Shown here piece after piece: positions 29,563-38,107 of a stretch of 64,000 nucleotides of DNA (position 1 is the first letter of the stretch; every line of letters begins with the position of its first letter). Location: positions 5,708 through 69,707 of the IMG/VR virus record IMGVR_UViG_3300025736_000014. One strand, given 5' to 3'. Made by a program: the position numbers and the translations under genes. The notes below the pieces were generated by a model. It saw only the letters and a program-made list of their open reading frames with translations. It ran no database searches and had not been told where the DNA came from. This stretch comes from a virus.

Positions 29563-29941
29563 GAGTCATACCAAGGTAATGACTTAATTCATGCTTGAGA
29601 ATATAATAGAGATGTTCTTTAATCAAATCCTTCTGCCATAAATTAACAGCCATAACATCAAGTCTGTAAACTAGAATCAAGGCCATATCAGCCTTTGGCT
29701 TCCCTATAAATCTACCAAAACACCAATCCATACCCATATAGTGTTTCGTTTCATCACCCTGCTTTACTAAAACACGTATCTTGCGAGCTAGATCTCTAGT
29801 ATTTTTTTTCTCGTTTATCACTTTAATCCAAATCTTAAGCATAAAGTCATTAAATTCCTTAAGATTTGGATTCCAACACTTAAGTTTCTTCACTCTTTTA
29901 CTCCTTAACTCAACTAATTCTTGTTCGTTTTTTGTTTTCAC
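29525..29941 (-). CDS. hypothetical protein with zincin-like motif
   Basis: HELSHYLGMTH (HExxHxxGxxH). Confidence 0.55.
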   Translation of the reverse strand: MKTKNEQELVELRSKRVKKLKCWNPNLKEFNDFMLKIWIKVINEKKNTRDLARKIRVLVKQGDETKHYMGMDWCFGRFIGKPKADMALILVYRLDVMAVNLWQKDLIKEHLYYILKHELSHYLGMTHGKPGKSKSYLS

Positions 29942-30174
29942 TTTATGAACTCCTCAAACTTCTTCTTCATGAAAAACTTTTTAATACAGTCTTGATTACA
30001 AAAGTGAAGCACAGTAGGGGCAAGTTTACTTCTGAACTTCCACTTGTTAGATTCTTTTGGGTCTACCCATCCCCACTCTTTCAGATCCAGAACAATATGA
30101 CTAATTGCTATGTTCTCAGATGGGTCACTCAGGGCTTTTTTACATCCATCGCAAACATACTTATAAACTCTCAT
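29938..30174 (-). CDS. small Zn-binding hypothetical protein
   Basis: CDGC..HFC..C. Confidence 0.55.
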   Translation of the reverse strand: MRVYKYVCDGCKKALSDPSENIAISHIVLDLKEWGWVDPKESNKWKFRSKLAPTVLHFCNQDCIKKFFMKKKFEEFIK

Positions 30175-30356
30175 GATTTCTTTGCTCCTTTATATTTACA
30201 CATATGTTCAATGTACTTCTCATCATTGCCGAATACAACTGCTTCAACGTTGTCCTTTTCCTTATCTGGAACATAGATTGCCACGTATTTGAATAAACCC
30301 TTCGCACATAGACAAATAGTGTTCATCAATAAAGTTTTAAACCATCTATCAATCAT
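30171..30356 (-). CDS. hypothetical protein
   Basis: 61 aa, ATGA-coupled. Confidence 0.5.
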   Translation of the reverse strand: MIDRWFKTLLMNTICLCAKGLFKYVAIYVPDKEKDNVEAVVFGNDEKYIEHMCKYKGAKKS

Positions 30357-30976
30357 AAAAGTTCCTTTGCTATTCCCTTAGTTATAAGAGTTGACCATGG
30401 AATACAAACAGATAAAGATAATCCTTTCCCTTTAGCACTAACAACAAATTTATGTTTAGATGGACTAGAGTCGTAACCCCTCATATTTTTTCTAAACCAT
30501 GTAACATCTCGTTGTGTTAGCCCATCGCCTGTACGCTCTGCTTCTTCCATAGCTACTTTTGGACTAATCAATATCGGAAACTGCTGTTTTAATTTAGACA
30601 TGTCGACAGCATAAATCTTTTTAGGTTCTTCAGCATCAACTGATTCACAAAAAACATTAATTACTTGTTCTGATTTACAATGATAAAACCAACCAAGTTT
30701 GTATCCACTCATAGGTGGCAAAACATCCTGTAATATCTCAATCAAGAAATCATTCCAGACATGAGTGCGAAACTTTTCCTCTATTTTAATCTTTCTACCA
30801 TCTCTCCCTAAAAATAAATCCCTACCGACCTCGCCATCTTTAGTGTATCTACTAATAACCTCATAGCCTAATCCCTTATAAAACTTGTCCATCCATGGTT
30901 TTAGTCTTTTTTCAAAAGACTTAAATACGTCAACCTGTTTTTGACTAAAAGCGGTATTGTATTTTGAAGTCTGCAT
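30353..30976 (-). CDS. possible PD-(D/E)xK nuclease
   Basis: RDLFL..IEEK pattern. Confidence 0.4.
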   Translation of the reverse strand: MQTSKYNTAFSQKQVDVFKSFEKRLKPWMDKFYKGLGYEVISRYTKDGEVGRDLFLGRDGRKIKIEEKFRTHVWNDFLIEILQDVLPPMSGYKLGWFYHCKSEQVINVFCESVDAEEPKKIYAVDMSKLKQQFPILISPKVAMEEAERTGDGLTQRDVTWFRKNMRGYDSSPSKHKFVVSAKGKGLSLSVCIPWSTLITKGIAKELL

Positions 30977-31002
30977 ATTATATCTTATAGTTACTTATAA
31001 TA

Positions 31003-32091
31003 TCACAGTTTATTCACTTCGTCAACTCTCTTGAGACACATCTTGTGCCAATATTTGTCTGGTTCTACTCCAATAAATTTACGATTTAATCTTTTAGCAG
31101 TTGATAACACCTCTCCTGAACCAGAAAAAGGGTTAAAAATTAAGTCGCCTACATTAGTCGACATCTCAATCAATTCTTCCAATAACGCTACTGGTTTTTC
31201 TCTATCATGCCCGTATACTGATTTAGAATCATATTCCCAAACATCGCCACGGATTTCGTTTAGATTATATATAAGCTTATCTCTTGAGCCACATAAAATT
31301 AGTTCGTGTTGAAAACTGAGGCTATTAATATTGGCTGGCTTTGAGAAATTTGGTTTTTTCCAGACTAAGATTCTAACTTTAGAGAATCCTTTCTCCCTTA
31401 AGCTCTCTAAATATTCCCTACAGTTACGATGGTCGACAAATACTAAAATTTGACCAGATTTCTTAATCTTATCTGAGAAAACCGTAATCGCATCTTCATC
31501 TGGAATAGTCGGTGGAGCGAAAATCATCGCATCAATAGAGTTATCGGCAATTTTATTCAAAACACTCGCATTCGAGCCTAATATGATCGAGTTATTACCA
31601 ACACTATCGCCAACATCAGTCTGGATATCAGTCTTTAATGGCTCATCTATTACTTGCTGTTGTAATTTTAATCTTTCTTCTTTCAGCTCTTTGCGTAAAT
31701 CAATTGTTCTTAGTTCTCTAGCCTTGTCGAGCCACTCGTTAGTTGTATTAGGTTTCTTCTTAACAATAGAGAGGATGTCAAATAACTTAGTAACATCTAT
31801 TTTCTTAAGTGAAGATGTCTTCACTTTCTTCTTTACTACAAAAAACTCGTGAATCGAAATTAGATACCACGCCATCCTGACTGAAATCCCTAGAGTAGAA
31901 AACCAATCAGTAATGTTCTCAAACCCTAATTCAACATGGAGTCTATCTTCTCTGATCTCGAATAAAATCTTACCAATATCTAGAAAGGTCAAATTAATGT
32001 CCTCTTTCTTGGCTATTAACTCCTTTTCTAAGGCAAAAGCACGATCGGCTCGTTTTTCAATAGCAATATTTCTTTTTTCAAGAGTAGACAT
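31003..32091 (-). CDS. DNA methylase-like protein with degenerate catalytic motif
   Basis: FAPP in place of DPPY, EKP..L, NPFSGSG; helical N-domain. Confidence 0.65.
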   Translation of the reverse strand: MSTLEKRNIAIEKRADRAFALEKELIAKKEDINLTFLDIGKILFEIREDRLHVELGFENITDWFSTLGISVRMAWYLISIHEFFVVKKKVKTSSLKKIDVTKLFDILSIVKKKPNTTNEWLDKARELRTIDLRKELKEERLKLQQQVIDEPLKTDIQTDVGDSVGNNSIILGSNASVLNKIADNSIDAMIFAPPTIPDEDAITVFSDKIKKSGQILVFVDHRNCREYLESLREKGFSKVRILVWKKPNFSKPANINSLSFQHELILCGSRDKLIYNLNEIRGDVWEYDSKSVYGHDREKPVALLEELIEMSTNVGDLIFNPFSGSGEVLSTAKRLNRKFIGVEPDKYWHKMCLKRVDEVNKL

Positions 32092-32092
32092 A

Positions 32093-32590
32093 TTATCCTT
32101 TCTTAATTGACCAAAAGCTTCTACCTAATAAATTTGGATCTAATCTAAACTCATCTTTTGGATCAAAGTGCTTATCTACAAAATAAATAAGCGTCGACGG
32201 TTTCGGATATAAATTAGCACAACCATGCATAACACCTTTGGGAATTCTTAATAACTGATTCTTATGTCCGCCCATCACAAATCTCATCACTAAATAGCGT
32301 GTGGGAGAACCTGATCTTAAATCTTTTAATCCTACTAATAATCTAGAACTTGGGGGAACAAACCAAACATCATCTTGTTTCTCGTGGAAGTGAAAAGCCT
32401 TTACAGTATTGGGTTGCATTACTGAGTAGTTAATCTGCTTTACTTTAAAGTCATCAAAATAATTCAGACTGCCACTCTTTTGGATGCGACCTAATTCGGT
32501 AAAATCTCCACCTTCATCTGGGAATAGTTTTAAATCTATAAATTCTACCCCATCTATATTTAATTTTTTACTATAGTCTTGTAATTTCAT
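32093..32590 (-). CDS. rmlC: dTDP-4-dehydrorhamnose 3,5-epimerase (cupin)
   Basis: DEGGDFTE, KAFHFH, GLKDLRSGSPT, GVMHG. Confidence 0.85.
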   Translation of the reverse strand: MKLQDYSKKLNIDGVEFIDLKLFPDEGGDFTELGRIQKSGSLNYFDDFKVKQINYSVMQPNTVKAFHFHEKQDDVWFVPPSSRLLVGLKDLRSGSPTRYLVMRFVMGGHKNQLLRIPKGVMHGCANLYPKPSTLIYFVDKHFDPKDEFRLDPNLLGRSFWSIKKG

Positions 32591-32867
32591 ATAGCTTGGT
32601 TGCGCCACGAGAGGCCCCTTGTTCTCTTAGAGTTACTTGCTATTAAATTCAAACGTGCGACGTTTGCTCGTCTCTTACATGCATCTTAGATAGCTAATCT
32701 AATAGCCGATGTGGACATTCGTTTCAGCCCTTTTCCATCTGTTTTTAACGACGGCAGACAATTCCGTCGGGGTAAACACCTTGCTCACGCCAATCTAGAT
32801 TGCTGTCTAGATAACATCAGCCCCTTGGCGAAGTCTTCTGGATTTATAGTCCGCCCTAAGACTACAC

Positions 32868-33158
32868 TTATGTTCTCTGCGGCGGTATTGATCTGTCAAT
32901 TATATCGTATGTTCGTCTGAGGCTACGCTTAACCTCAAACACCATATCTTTTAATACTTTATAGTTTTTAAATAATTCAAGCGGGTTCGCTAGACCATCA
33001 CCTGAAAAGTATTCATCACAGATACTTTCAGCAACTTCTAGCGGTTCAAATTTAAAGAATATCTGAGTAGGATCGCTTTTATCTAATCCAATAAATTTAA
33101 CATCCTCCTTTGTATATAGGTATGATGCTAACGATAGTAAGTTAGTTTGGTATGTCAT
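32868..33158 (-). CDS. DUF5659-like protein
   Basis: TNLLSLASYL..FFKF..YKVLKD pattern, recognised from memory. Confidence 0.55.
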   Translation of the reverse strand: MTYQTNLLSLASYLYTKEDVKFIGLDKSDPTQIFFKFEPLEVAESICDEYFSGDGLANPLELFKNYKVLKDMVFEVKRSLRRTYDIIDRSIPPQRT

Positions 33159-33192
33159 AACTAAGCTTATAATAACACAAAGAGAGCTAAAA

Positions 33193-33354
33193 TCAACAGC
33201 AACTAGGGCAGACATAGAGAATCATCTTACCTTTGCCGACTACGCAGAGCTTCTTAAGAAGTTTATTACTCTCAATTGGCTTGCCACACTCTTGACAATA
33301 GCTATAGTTGTCCTGAACGTATGCTTTGCTTTTGTTGTAATCTTTTTGAGCCAT
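33193..33354 (-). CDS. 53 aa Zn-finger protein, not in ORF track
   Basis: CQECG..CPSC. Confidence 0.55.
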   Translation of the reverse strand: MAQKDYNKSKAYVQDNYSYCQECGKPIESNKLLKKLCVVGKGKMILYVCPSCC

Positions 33355-33355
33355 A

Positions 33356-33607
33356 TTATTTATAGAGATTTACGTATTGTATTATAATAAGAATTATATA
33401 AGCTAGACCCACTCCATATGTCGTATATGTCAAAAATTTCCTTTTAACCATTAATTTACGTAATTCACGTTCCCATCTACTCATCTTCTTCTCAGTTGAT
33501 TCCTGTTTAGACTTTAGTACATCAATATCTTCTCTGTCATTCTTTAACTTATCTCTAATACTCTCTTGATTAGAACCTAGTAGTTTTTCCATTGTGCTAT
33601 CAATCAT
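33356..33607 (-). CDS. coiled-coil protein with C-terminal TM helix
   Basis: 83 aa; hydrophobic C-terminus. Confidence 0.55.
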   Translation of the reverse strand: MIDSTMEKLLGSNQESIRDKLKNDREDIDVLKSKQESTEKKMSRWERELRKLMVKRKFLTYTTYGVGLAYIILIIIQYVNLYK

Positions 33608-33609
33608 AA

Positions 33610-34092
33610 TTATGGAGCCGTATTGGTACCTGATAATCCTCCTAATGTTTTGAAAATATCTCGATCAGATGGTTCCTTATCCTTAGCGGCTTCGTTAATA
33701 AATCTTTTTGCCCCTTCTTTCTTGCGAACAATTTCGTGACACTTTTTATGAAAAGGAGAAGGCGTGTATTGATCGGGTTTGCGTTGGTAAGAATCTTCTT
33801 TCTTAATATACTTATCACACCAACGACATCTAGCTCTTTTATAAGTAGGTTTGACCCTAGACATTAAATATCCAAGCCAATAAGCGAAAAGATGAGAACT
33901 CCCCTTAGATGATATATTAAACTCATGTAGGAATTTTGTGATAGAAGAAAACTTTTGTTGGGGTATGTCAATTCTAAAACCATCATGAACAACTACATAT
34001 CCACCCATTGTTTTCTGACGAATAGTTGGCTTACTTTGAGTAGGTTTTTCTGCGTCTGACATATGAATAGATTTTTGTGGGGTGTATGCCAT
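33610..34092 (-). CDS. hypothetical protein with CxxC..HxxC
   Basis: 160 aa ORF. Confidence 0.55.
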   Translation of the reverse strand: MAYTPQKSIHMSDAEKPTQSKPTIRQKTMGGYVVVHDGFRIDIPQQKFSSITKFLHEFNISSKGSSHLFAYWLGYLMSRVKPTYKRARCRWCDKYIKKEDSYQRKPDQYTPSPFHKKCHEIVRKKEGAKRFINEAAKDKEPSDRDIFKTLGGLSGTNTAP

Positions 34093-34093
34093 A

Positions 34094-34423
34094 TTATGAT
34101 GATGTTGTTATAATATTAGCGTTTGGGTTTAAATTCATTCCAGACAGAGTTGGACCAGAAAAATATTCACCGTTAACTGCCTCATCTAAGAATCTTTCTG
34201 CTTTTTCTGTTTTAGTCATATCTCTTAATTGACCAGTCTTTTGATCTAGTATCATACCCCTAGGCTGTTCATTATATATAGACCATCTATGAGTACGACC
34301 TTTGATATTAACAGCATCAGGATATGTTCTCAGTCCAGATGCTAAATTTAGAGAGTCTTCTGAAATTTCATTATCTGGTGTAAAATTAGCAACCATGAAT
34401 ACACTCCCCTTTTTTATTACCAT
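34094..34423 (-). CDS. hypothetical protein
   Basis: 109 aa ORF. Confidence 0.55.
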   Translation of the reverse strand: MVIKKGSVFMVANFTPDNEISEDSLNLASGLRTYPDAVNIKGRTHRWSIYNEQPRGMILDQKTGQLRDMTKTEKAERFLDEAVNGEYFSGPTLSGMNLNPNANIITTSS

Positions 34424-34565
34424 GAGTACACAAACCAGAGTTAGCAGATTCCTTTAAGAATTTTGAAGCCTTATTTTTTCTTTTACGATGATACATCGTT
34501 TTACATGAGGCACCACAAAAAACATGTCGATCTAGAGGTTTTTTACAATAAGAACATCTCAGCAT
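34386..34565 (-). CDS. 59 aa Cys-rich protein, not in ORF track
   Basis: CSYC..C..SC and C-terminal CTHGNKKGECIHGC; TTTACT-N17-TATAAT promoter upstream. Confidence 0.55.
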   Translation of the reverse strand: MLRCSYCKKPLDRHVFCGASCKTMYHRKRKNKASKFLKESANSGLCTHGNKKGECIHGC

Positions 34566-34637
34566 ATTTATATAATCTTATTATACAACACAGTTGACCC
34601 AAAGTAAACAGTTTTATGTATTATGGGTCATCAAGGT

Positions 34638-34835
34638 CTATTTACACCCAAATTTACAGAGACCCGTAGCAAATCCATGCTTACAGGTCTTTTTTTCTCC
34701 GTTAGGCTTTTTTCTTTTGGAGCCAAACATATGAGTGATTTTCGCCACTGGTTTATTGTACCTCGTTAATACTATAGGTAACTTATCTAAGTATTCTGAA
34801 GCGTGTCGTTGAAATTTTCTTACAGAGATTCTCAT
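34638..34835 (-). CDS. Phd/YefM-like N-terminus plus Cys motif
   Basis: ISVRKF..PIVLTRYNKPVA and CKHGFATGLCKFGC. Confidence 0.55.
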   Translation of the reverse strand: MRISVRKFQRHASEYLDKLPIVLTRYNKPVAKITHMFGSKRKKPNGEKKTCKHGFATGLCKFGCK

Positions 34836-35134
34836 GAATTTATTTCAATTTTATACTTTTCTTTAACTTTTTCTTTTACATGTCTGAGGGAAAATAAAAC
34901 AGCGTCTAAGATGACGCTACGTTTAATGGATTCTTCCTTTTCGGGATCCATCTTGGAGATTCTATTGACGAATAACTCATCCTCAAATTGCTTTATCGCC
35001 CATAGAACATCTTTCTCAGCTTGCTTTGTTAACGCTACAATAGCACCTTCTGGGGTTTTGATATTTCGACCATAAATTAAATCCGCAGCTAAACTGCGGA
35101 TGTCTTCAGGTTTGTTTGAGTTTTCGGTTTTCAC
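34832..35134 (-). CDS. hypothetical protein
   Basis: 100 aa ORF. Confidence 0.55.
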   Translation of the reverse strand: MKTENSNKPEDIRSLAADLIYGRNIKTPEGAIVALTKQAEKDVLWAIKQFEDELFVNRISKMDPEKEESIKRSVILDAVLFSLRHVKEKVKEKYKIEINS

Positions 35135-35477
35135 TTCTTAGTCCCCTAATTTTCGTTTTTAACTTATTGATTTGGGTTTGATGGTTTTCTTCTATCGTTT
35201 CTATTTTATCTATTTCTTTCATCATAGCTCTGCCTTTTTCGTTTTGTCTTATATATTGCTGGATATACATACCAAATCCGAGAAAAGACAATCTTATCGA
35301 AAAGTGTTCTCCACACATACGATCTAGCTCTACTTCAAACTGAATAAGCTTAAAGTCAAGCCAGTTATATCCTCGTTGATGAGCAAACTGTGACCAGTCG
35401 TTAGATAGTTTAACGTATCCTTTTTCCCACTCTATAAAAGTGCGATAACCGTTTTCGTCTGTATTAAAAAATTTCAT
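35106..35477 (-). CDS. hypothetical protein
   Basis: 123 aa ORF directly after the tRNA array. Confidence 0.55.
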   Translation of the reverse strand: MKFFNTDENGYRTFIEWEKGYVKLSNDWSQFAHQRGYNWLDFKLIQFEVELDRMCGEHFSIRLSFLGFGMYIQQYIRQNEKGRAMMKEIDKIETIEENHQTQINKLKTKIRGLRSENRKLKQT

Positions 35478-35480
35478 GTG

Positions 35481-35555
35481 TCAGGATGACTGGATTTGAA
35501 CCAGTGATCTCATCGTCCCAAACGACGCGCGTTGGCCAGACTACGCTACACCCTG
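35481..35555 (-). tRNA. tRNA-Pro(UGG)
   Basis: cloverleaf, loop TTTGGGA. Confidence 0.9.
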
Positions 35556-35582
35556 TTTTAGCTATTACTGTTGTTGTCTTTG

Positions 35583-35655
35583 CAAGAACGGTAAGAATCG
35601 AACTTACCCACGGGGATTTGGAGTCCCCATCGCCAGCCTTGGAACATTCGCTCTT
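35583..35655 (-). tRNA. tRNA-Trp(CCA)
   Basis: cloverleaf, loop CTCCAAA. Confidence 0.9.
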
Positions 35656-35661
35656 ATTTTG

Positions 35662-35743
35662 CGGAAGGTATAGGATTCGAACCTATGAACGGTTGCCCGT
35701 TACGGCTTAGCAAGCCGCTCCATTACCACTCTGGCAACCTTCC
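35662..35743 (-). tRNA. tRNA-Ser(GCU)
   Basis: long variable arm, loop TTGCTAA. Confidence 0.9.
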
Positions 35744-35889
35744 TAGTCAATGGCGGAAGTTTACATAAGTTACGATAGGTTTGACAGCTCATGTCTGGTT
35801 CCGCCGAGCGACTATAAGCTCTTAATTATATGCTACGCCCCAACCTATTGGGGTGTTTAAAGTAGCACATCTATCTTACTTTATTTTAG

Positions 35890-35963
35890 TACTCCTAGCA
35901 AGATTCGAACTTGCAACCTGCGGTTTCGAAGACCGACGCTCTTGTCCATTGAGCTATAGGAGC
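35890..35963 (-). tRNA. tRNA-Arg(UCG)
   Basis: loop CTTCGAA. Confidence 0.9.
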
Positions 35964-35967
35964 TTTG

Positions 35968-36040
35968 TGAGTCATATAGGTCTCGAACCTACGACAACCT
36001 CGTTAAGAGCGAGGTGCTCTACCAACTGAGCTAATGACCC
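35968..36040 (-). tRNA. tRNA-Lys(CUU)
   Basis: loop CTCTTAA. Confidence 0.92.
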
Positions 36041-36046
36041 ATTCTG

Positions 36047-36121
36047 TGAGTGCAGAGGGACTTGAACCCCCGACATTCTGCTTAAAAGGCAGACGCTCTT
36101 GACCAACTGAGCTATGCACCC
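36047..36121 (-). tRNA. tRNA-Lys(UUU)
   Basis: loop CTTTTAA. Confidence 0.92.
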
Positions 36122-36125
36122 GTTA

Positions 36126-36394
36126 TCAGAAAGTAATAAGCCAGATTCTGTTTTATGATGACATCTGTCTATGCCTTCGAACTTTAGACCTTGGTGGAAC
36201 ATCCTCAAACGGTCAATTCGGAAGTTGCTGCGACGGAGATTGCTCGTTTCACCATGCGACCTTCTAGTAGAAGGCGGCGTGCTCGTCTCTGTAGCTCTAA
36301 TCAGCGGTTTTACCCGTCTTAGGATTTAACCTAAGCAGTCTGTTCCATGCAGTCTGGACTTTCCTCTTTTTCAAGCGTCATCTCGCTTTCTGAT
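36126..36394 (-). ncRNA. rnpB: RNase P RNA, compact bacterial type (~269 nt)
   Basis: GAGGAAAGTCC, GGTGAAACG and AAACAGAATCTGGCTTA conserved blocks; P1 TCAGAAAG/CTTTCTGA. Confidence 0.9.
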
Positions 36395-36396
36395 GT

Positions 36397-36468
36397 TACC
36401 AAGGTAGGTCTCGAACCTACAATCTTGTGGCTCAGAACCACACGTGTTGCCGATTACACTACTTGGCA
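36397..36468 (-). tRNA. tRNA-Gln(CUG)
   Basis: loop TTCTGAG. Confidence 0.9.
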
Positions 36469-36469
36469 G

Positions 36470-36541
36470 TGCCTCCACAAAGAATCGAACTTTGATCCGC
36501 GACTTAGAAGGTCGCAATTCTGTCCGTTGAACTACAGAGGC
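36470..36541 (-). tRNA. tRNA-Arg(UCU)
   Basis: loop CTTCTAA. Confidence 0.9.
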
Positions 36542-36545
36542 TTTG

Positions 36546-36618
36546 TACTCTCGATAGGAATCGAACCTATGTATGCCTGATTAGGAATCAGGTGCGTTGT
36601 CCCCTACGCTACGAGAGT
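36546..36618 (-). tRNA. tRNA-Arg(CCU)
   Basis: loop TTCCTAA. Confidence 0.9.
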
Positions 36619-36624
36619 ATTTTG

Positions 36625-36696
36625 TTGGGGAGATAGGATTCGAACCTATAACCTACTCTGTATAAGAGAGTTGCTCAGCCATTGAGCTAATCCCCA
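36625..36696 (-). tRNA. tRNA-Ile(UAU)
   Basis: stem ACTCT/AGAGT, loop CTTATAC. Confidence 0.85.
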
Positions 36697-36700
36697 ATTG

Positions 36701-36775
36701 TAGGCGATGAGGGATTTGAACCCCCGACGAACGGTATGTAACACCGCCACTCTGACCAGGCTGAGTTAATCGCCT
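36701..36775 (-). tRNA. tRNA-Val(UAC)
   Basis: loop GTTACAT. Confidence 0.88.
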
Positions 36776-36779
36776 ATTG

Positions 36780-37095
36780 TGGACTTGGTGGTATTGAAAC
36801 CACGTCCAGACTATTAATTTAACATCATCTACATGTTTAGTATCCTAATGGATGCGTAAGGTATATGACACCCTCATCAGCGTTTTTGATTTTAAGCTCA
36901 AATAGCAAAAGCGTAGTTTGCGTTGGTTGGTGAAAAAAACATGCCCACAAACGAAACGATTGTTTCTTTCACGTCCTCTTTAAGTTGGGCGAGGAAACCC
37001 CTAATTGTTTTTGCAATTATGTCTTTGGACCTTTAACGATGTGTCAATCGACATGCAGATATTAAACTTGTAATCTGTCGAAACTATACAAGCCC
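36780..37095 (-). ncRNA. ssrA: tmRNA with a 38-codon tag
   Basis: 5' GGGCTTGTATAGTTTCGAC, 3' T-arm plus CAAGTCC-A acceptor with G3.U70; ATAATT-GCA resume context; tag ORF 37014-36898. Confidence 0.9.
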
Positions 37096-37198
37096 ATATG
37101 CGGCTATAAACCATATCTTACGACTTAGATTTACGCCGTTAATTCCCCTCTTGAAACCCTTACGAGTGAACAGACGCTCTTTCGAGGTAGGGACTGTG

Positions 37199-37270
37199 TA
37201 GATGAGATTGGATTCGAACCAATGATCTCCTCTGTATCAGAGAGGTACCTTACCGCTTGGCTACTCATCT
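37199..37270 (-). tRNA. tRNA-Ile(GAU)
   Basis: loop CTGATAC. Confidence 0.9.
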
Positions 37271-37305
37271 GTAGCTGAGTATAACACGGATGTAATACTT
37301 CAGCA

Positions 37306-37382
37306 TGGTGCTACTTGAAAGATTCGAACTTTCACTACTCGGGTTTTGAATCCGATCCCTCTACCAGTTGGGGTAAAGTAGC
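37306..37382 (-). tRNA. tRNA-Leu(CAA), short variable loop, CCA encoded
   Basis: loop TTCAAAA, 5-nt variable region. Confidence 0.85.
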
Positions 37383-37435
37383 AAACGGGGCACGTTCGGG
37401 ATTCTTCGGAGTTCCTCAGATTCCCCATGCCCGTG

Positions 37436-37509
37436 TGCTTCAAATAGGATTCGAACCTATACTGTGTCGGTTTTAAGCCGATTACCTCTACCAGTTGGGT
37501 TACTGAAGC
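37436..37509 (-). tRNA. tRNA-Leu(UAA), short variable loop
   Basis: loop CTTAAAA, 5-nt variable region. Confidence 0.85.
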
Positions 37510-37588
37510 ATAGTAGCCTGTCTCCCAGCTTGTAGGCTACAAACCTACGCGTGGTTTCAAGAGTAAAAACTCTTTCAGACTACTTGTG

Positions 37589-37670
37589 TGCCAAATATAG
37601 GATTCGAACCTACATACCTTACGGCACGAGTTTCTAAAACTCGCGTGTATACCTATTCCACCAATTTGGC
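37589..37670 (-). tRNA. tRNA-Leu(UAG)
   Basis: loop TTTAGAA, long variable arm. Confidence 0.9.
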
Positions 37671-37671
37671 T

Positions 37672-37748
37672 TGGTGACGATAATGGGGATCGAACCCATA
37701 GTCTCTGCCTTGAAAGGGAAGTGTGTTGGCCATTTACACTATATCGCC
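37672..37748 (-). tRNA. tRNA-Glu(UUC), CCA encoded
   Basis: loop CTTTCAA. Confidence 0.88.
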
Positions 37749-37754
37749 TTTTAG

Positions 37755-37825
37755 TAGCCCTGTAGGGAATCGAACCCTAGCCTGATGTCTGAGAAACATC
37801 TGTCCTGCCTCTAGACGACAGGGCC
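37755..37825 (-). tRNA. tRNA-Glu(CUC)
   Basis: loop TTCTCAG. Confidence 0.88.
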
Positions 37826-37826
37826 G

Positions 37827-37898
37827 TAGCGGAATCTGAGAATCGCACTCAGTTAAGACAGGTTATGAGCCTATCGAGATACTTACCTCCCACCCGCT
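37827..37898 (-). tRNA. tRNA-Met(CAU), probably initiator-like, atypical T-loop
   Basis: loop CTCATAA; purine11-pyrimidine24-type D stem; T-loop TGCGATT. Confidence 0.75.
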
Positions 37899-37907
37899 AT
37901 ATTTAAC

Positions 37908-37918
37908 TGTCAAAGAAC
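37908..37918 (-). promoter_or_regulatory. internal boxA-like antitermination site
   Basis: minus GTTCTTTGACA in a tRNA spacer. Confidence 0.55.
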
Positions 37919-37927
37919 TTAAACGGG

Positions 37928-38012
37928 CGGAAGATGTAGGAGTTGAACCTACAAGACCTTGCGGTCGCTGTTTTCAAAACAGAGGCGGTGCCAATTACGC
38001 GTGTAATCTTCC
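37928..38012 (-). tRNA. tRNA-Ser(UGA)
   Basis: loop TTTGAAA, long variable arm. Confidence 0.9.
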
Positions 38013-38017
38013 ATGTG

Positions 38018-38101
38018 TGCTGATTCTAGGTAATGCTCCTAGGTTGGCGATTAGGCTACGGGTTTACAGTCCGCTCTCCCTCTTTAGAAGACTACATCAG
38101 C
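38018..38101 (-). tRNA. tRNA-Tyr(GUA), non-canonical T-loop
   Basis: loop CTGTAAA; T-arm CTAGG-AGCATTA-CCTAG. Confidence 0.7.
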
Positions 38102-38107
38102 TTTTTG

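Noticed and set aside
175-32110. Numerous short plus-strand or out-of-frame ORFs overlapping the leftward genes (e.g. 175-498, 1248, 1479, 2215, 4376, 5432, 14347, 27229, 31031)
   Set aside because: They are antisense or alternate-frame shadows of well-supported genes in a unidirectional operon.
32600-32867. Group I intron (ATAGTCC S-like motif on the plus strand)
   Set aside because: It is on the opposite strand from the flanking genes, has no matching R element, and interrupts no gene.
37513-37584. Hammerhead ribozyme (CTGA..GAAA near-match)
   Set aside because: The core reads CTGAAAGA rather than CUGANGA, and there is no stem III/NUH cleavage site.
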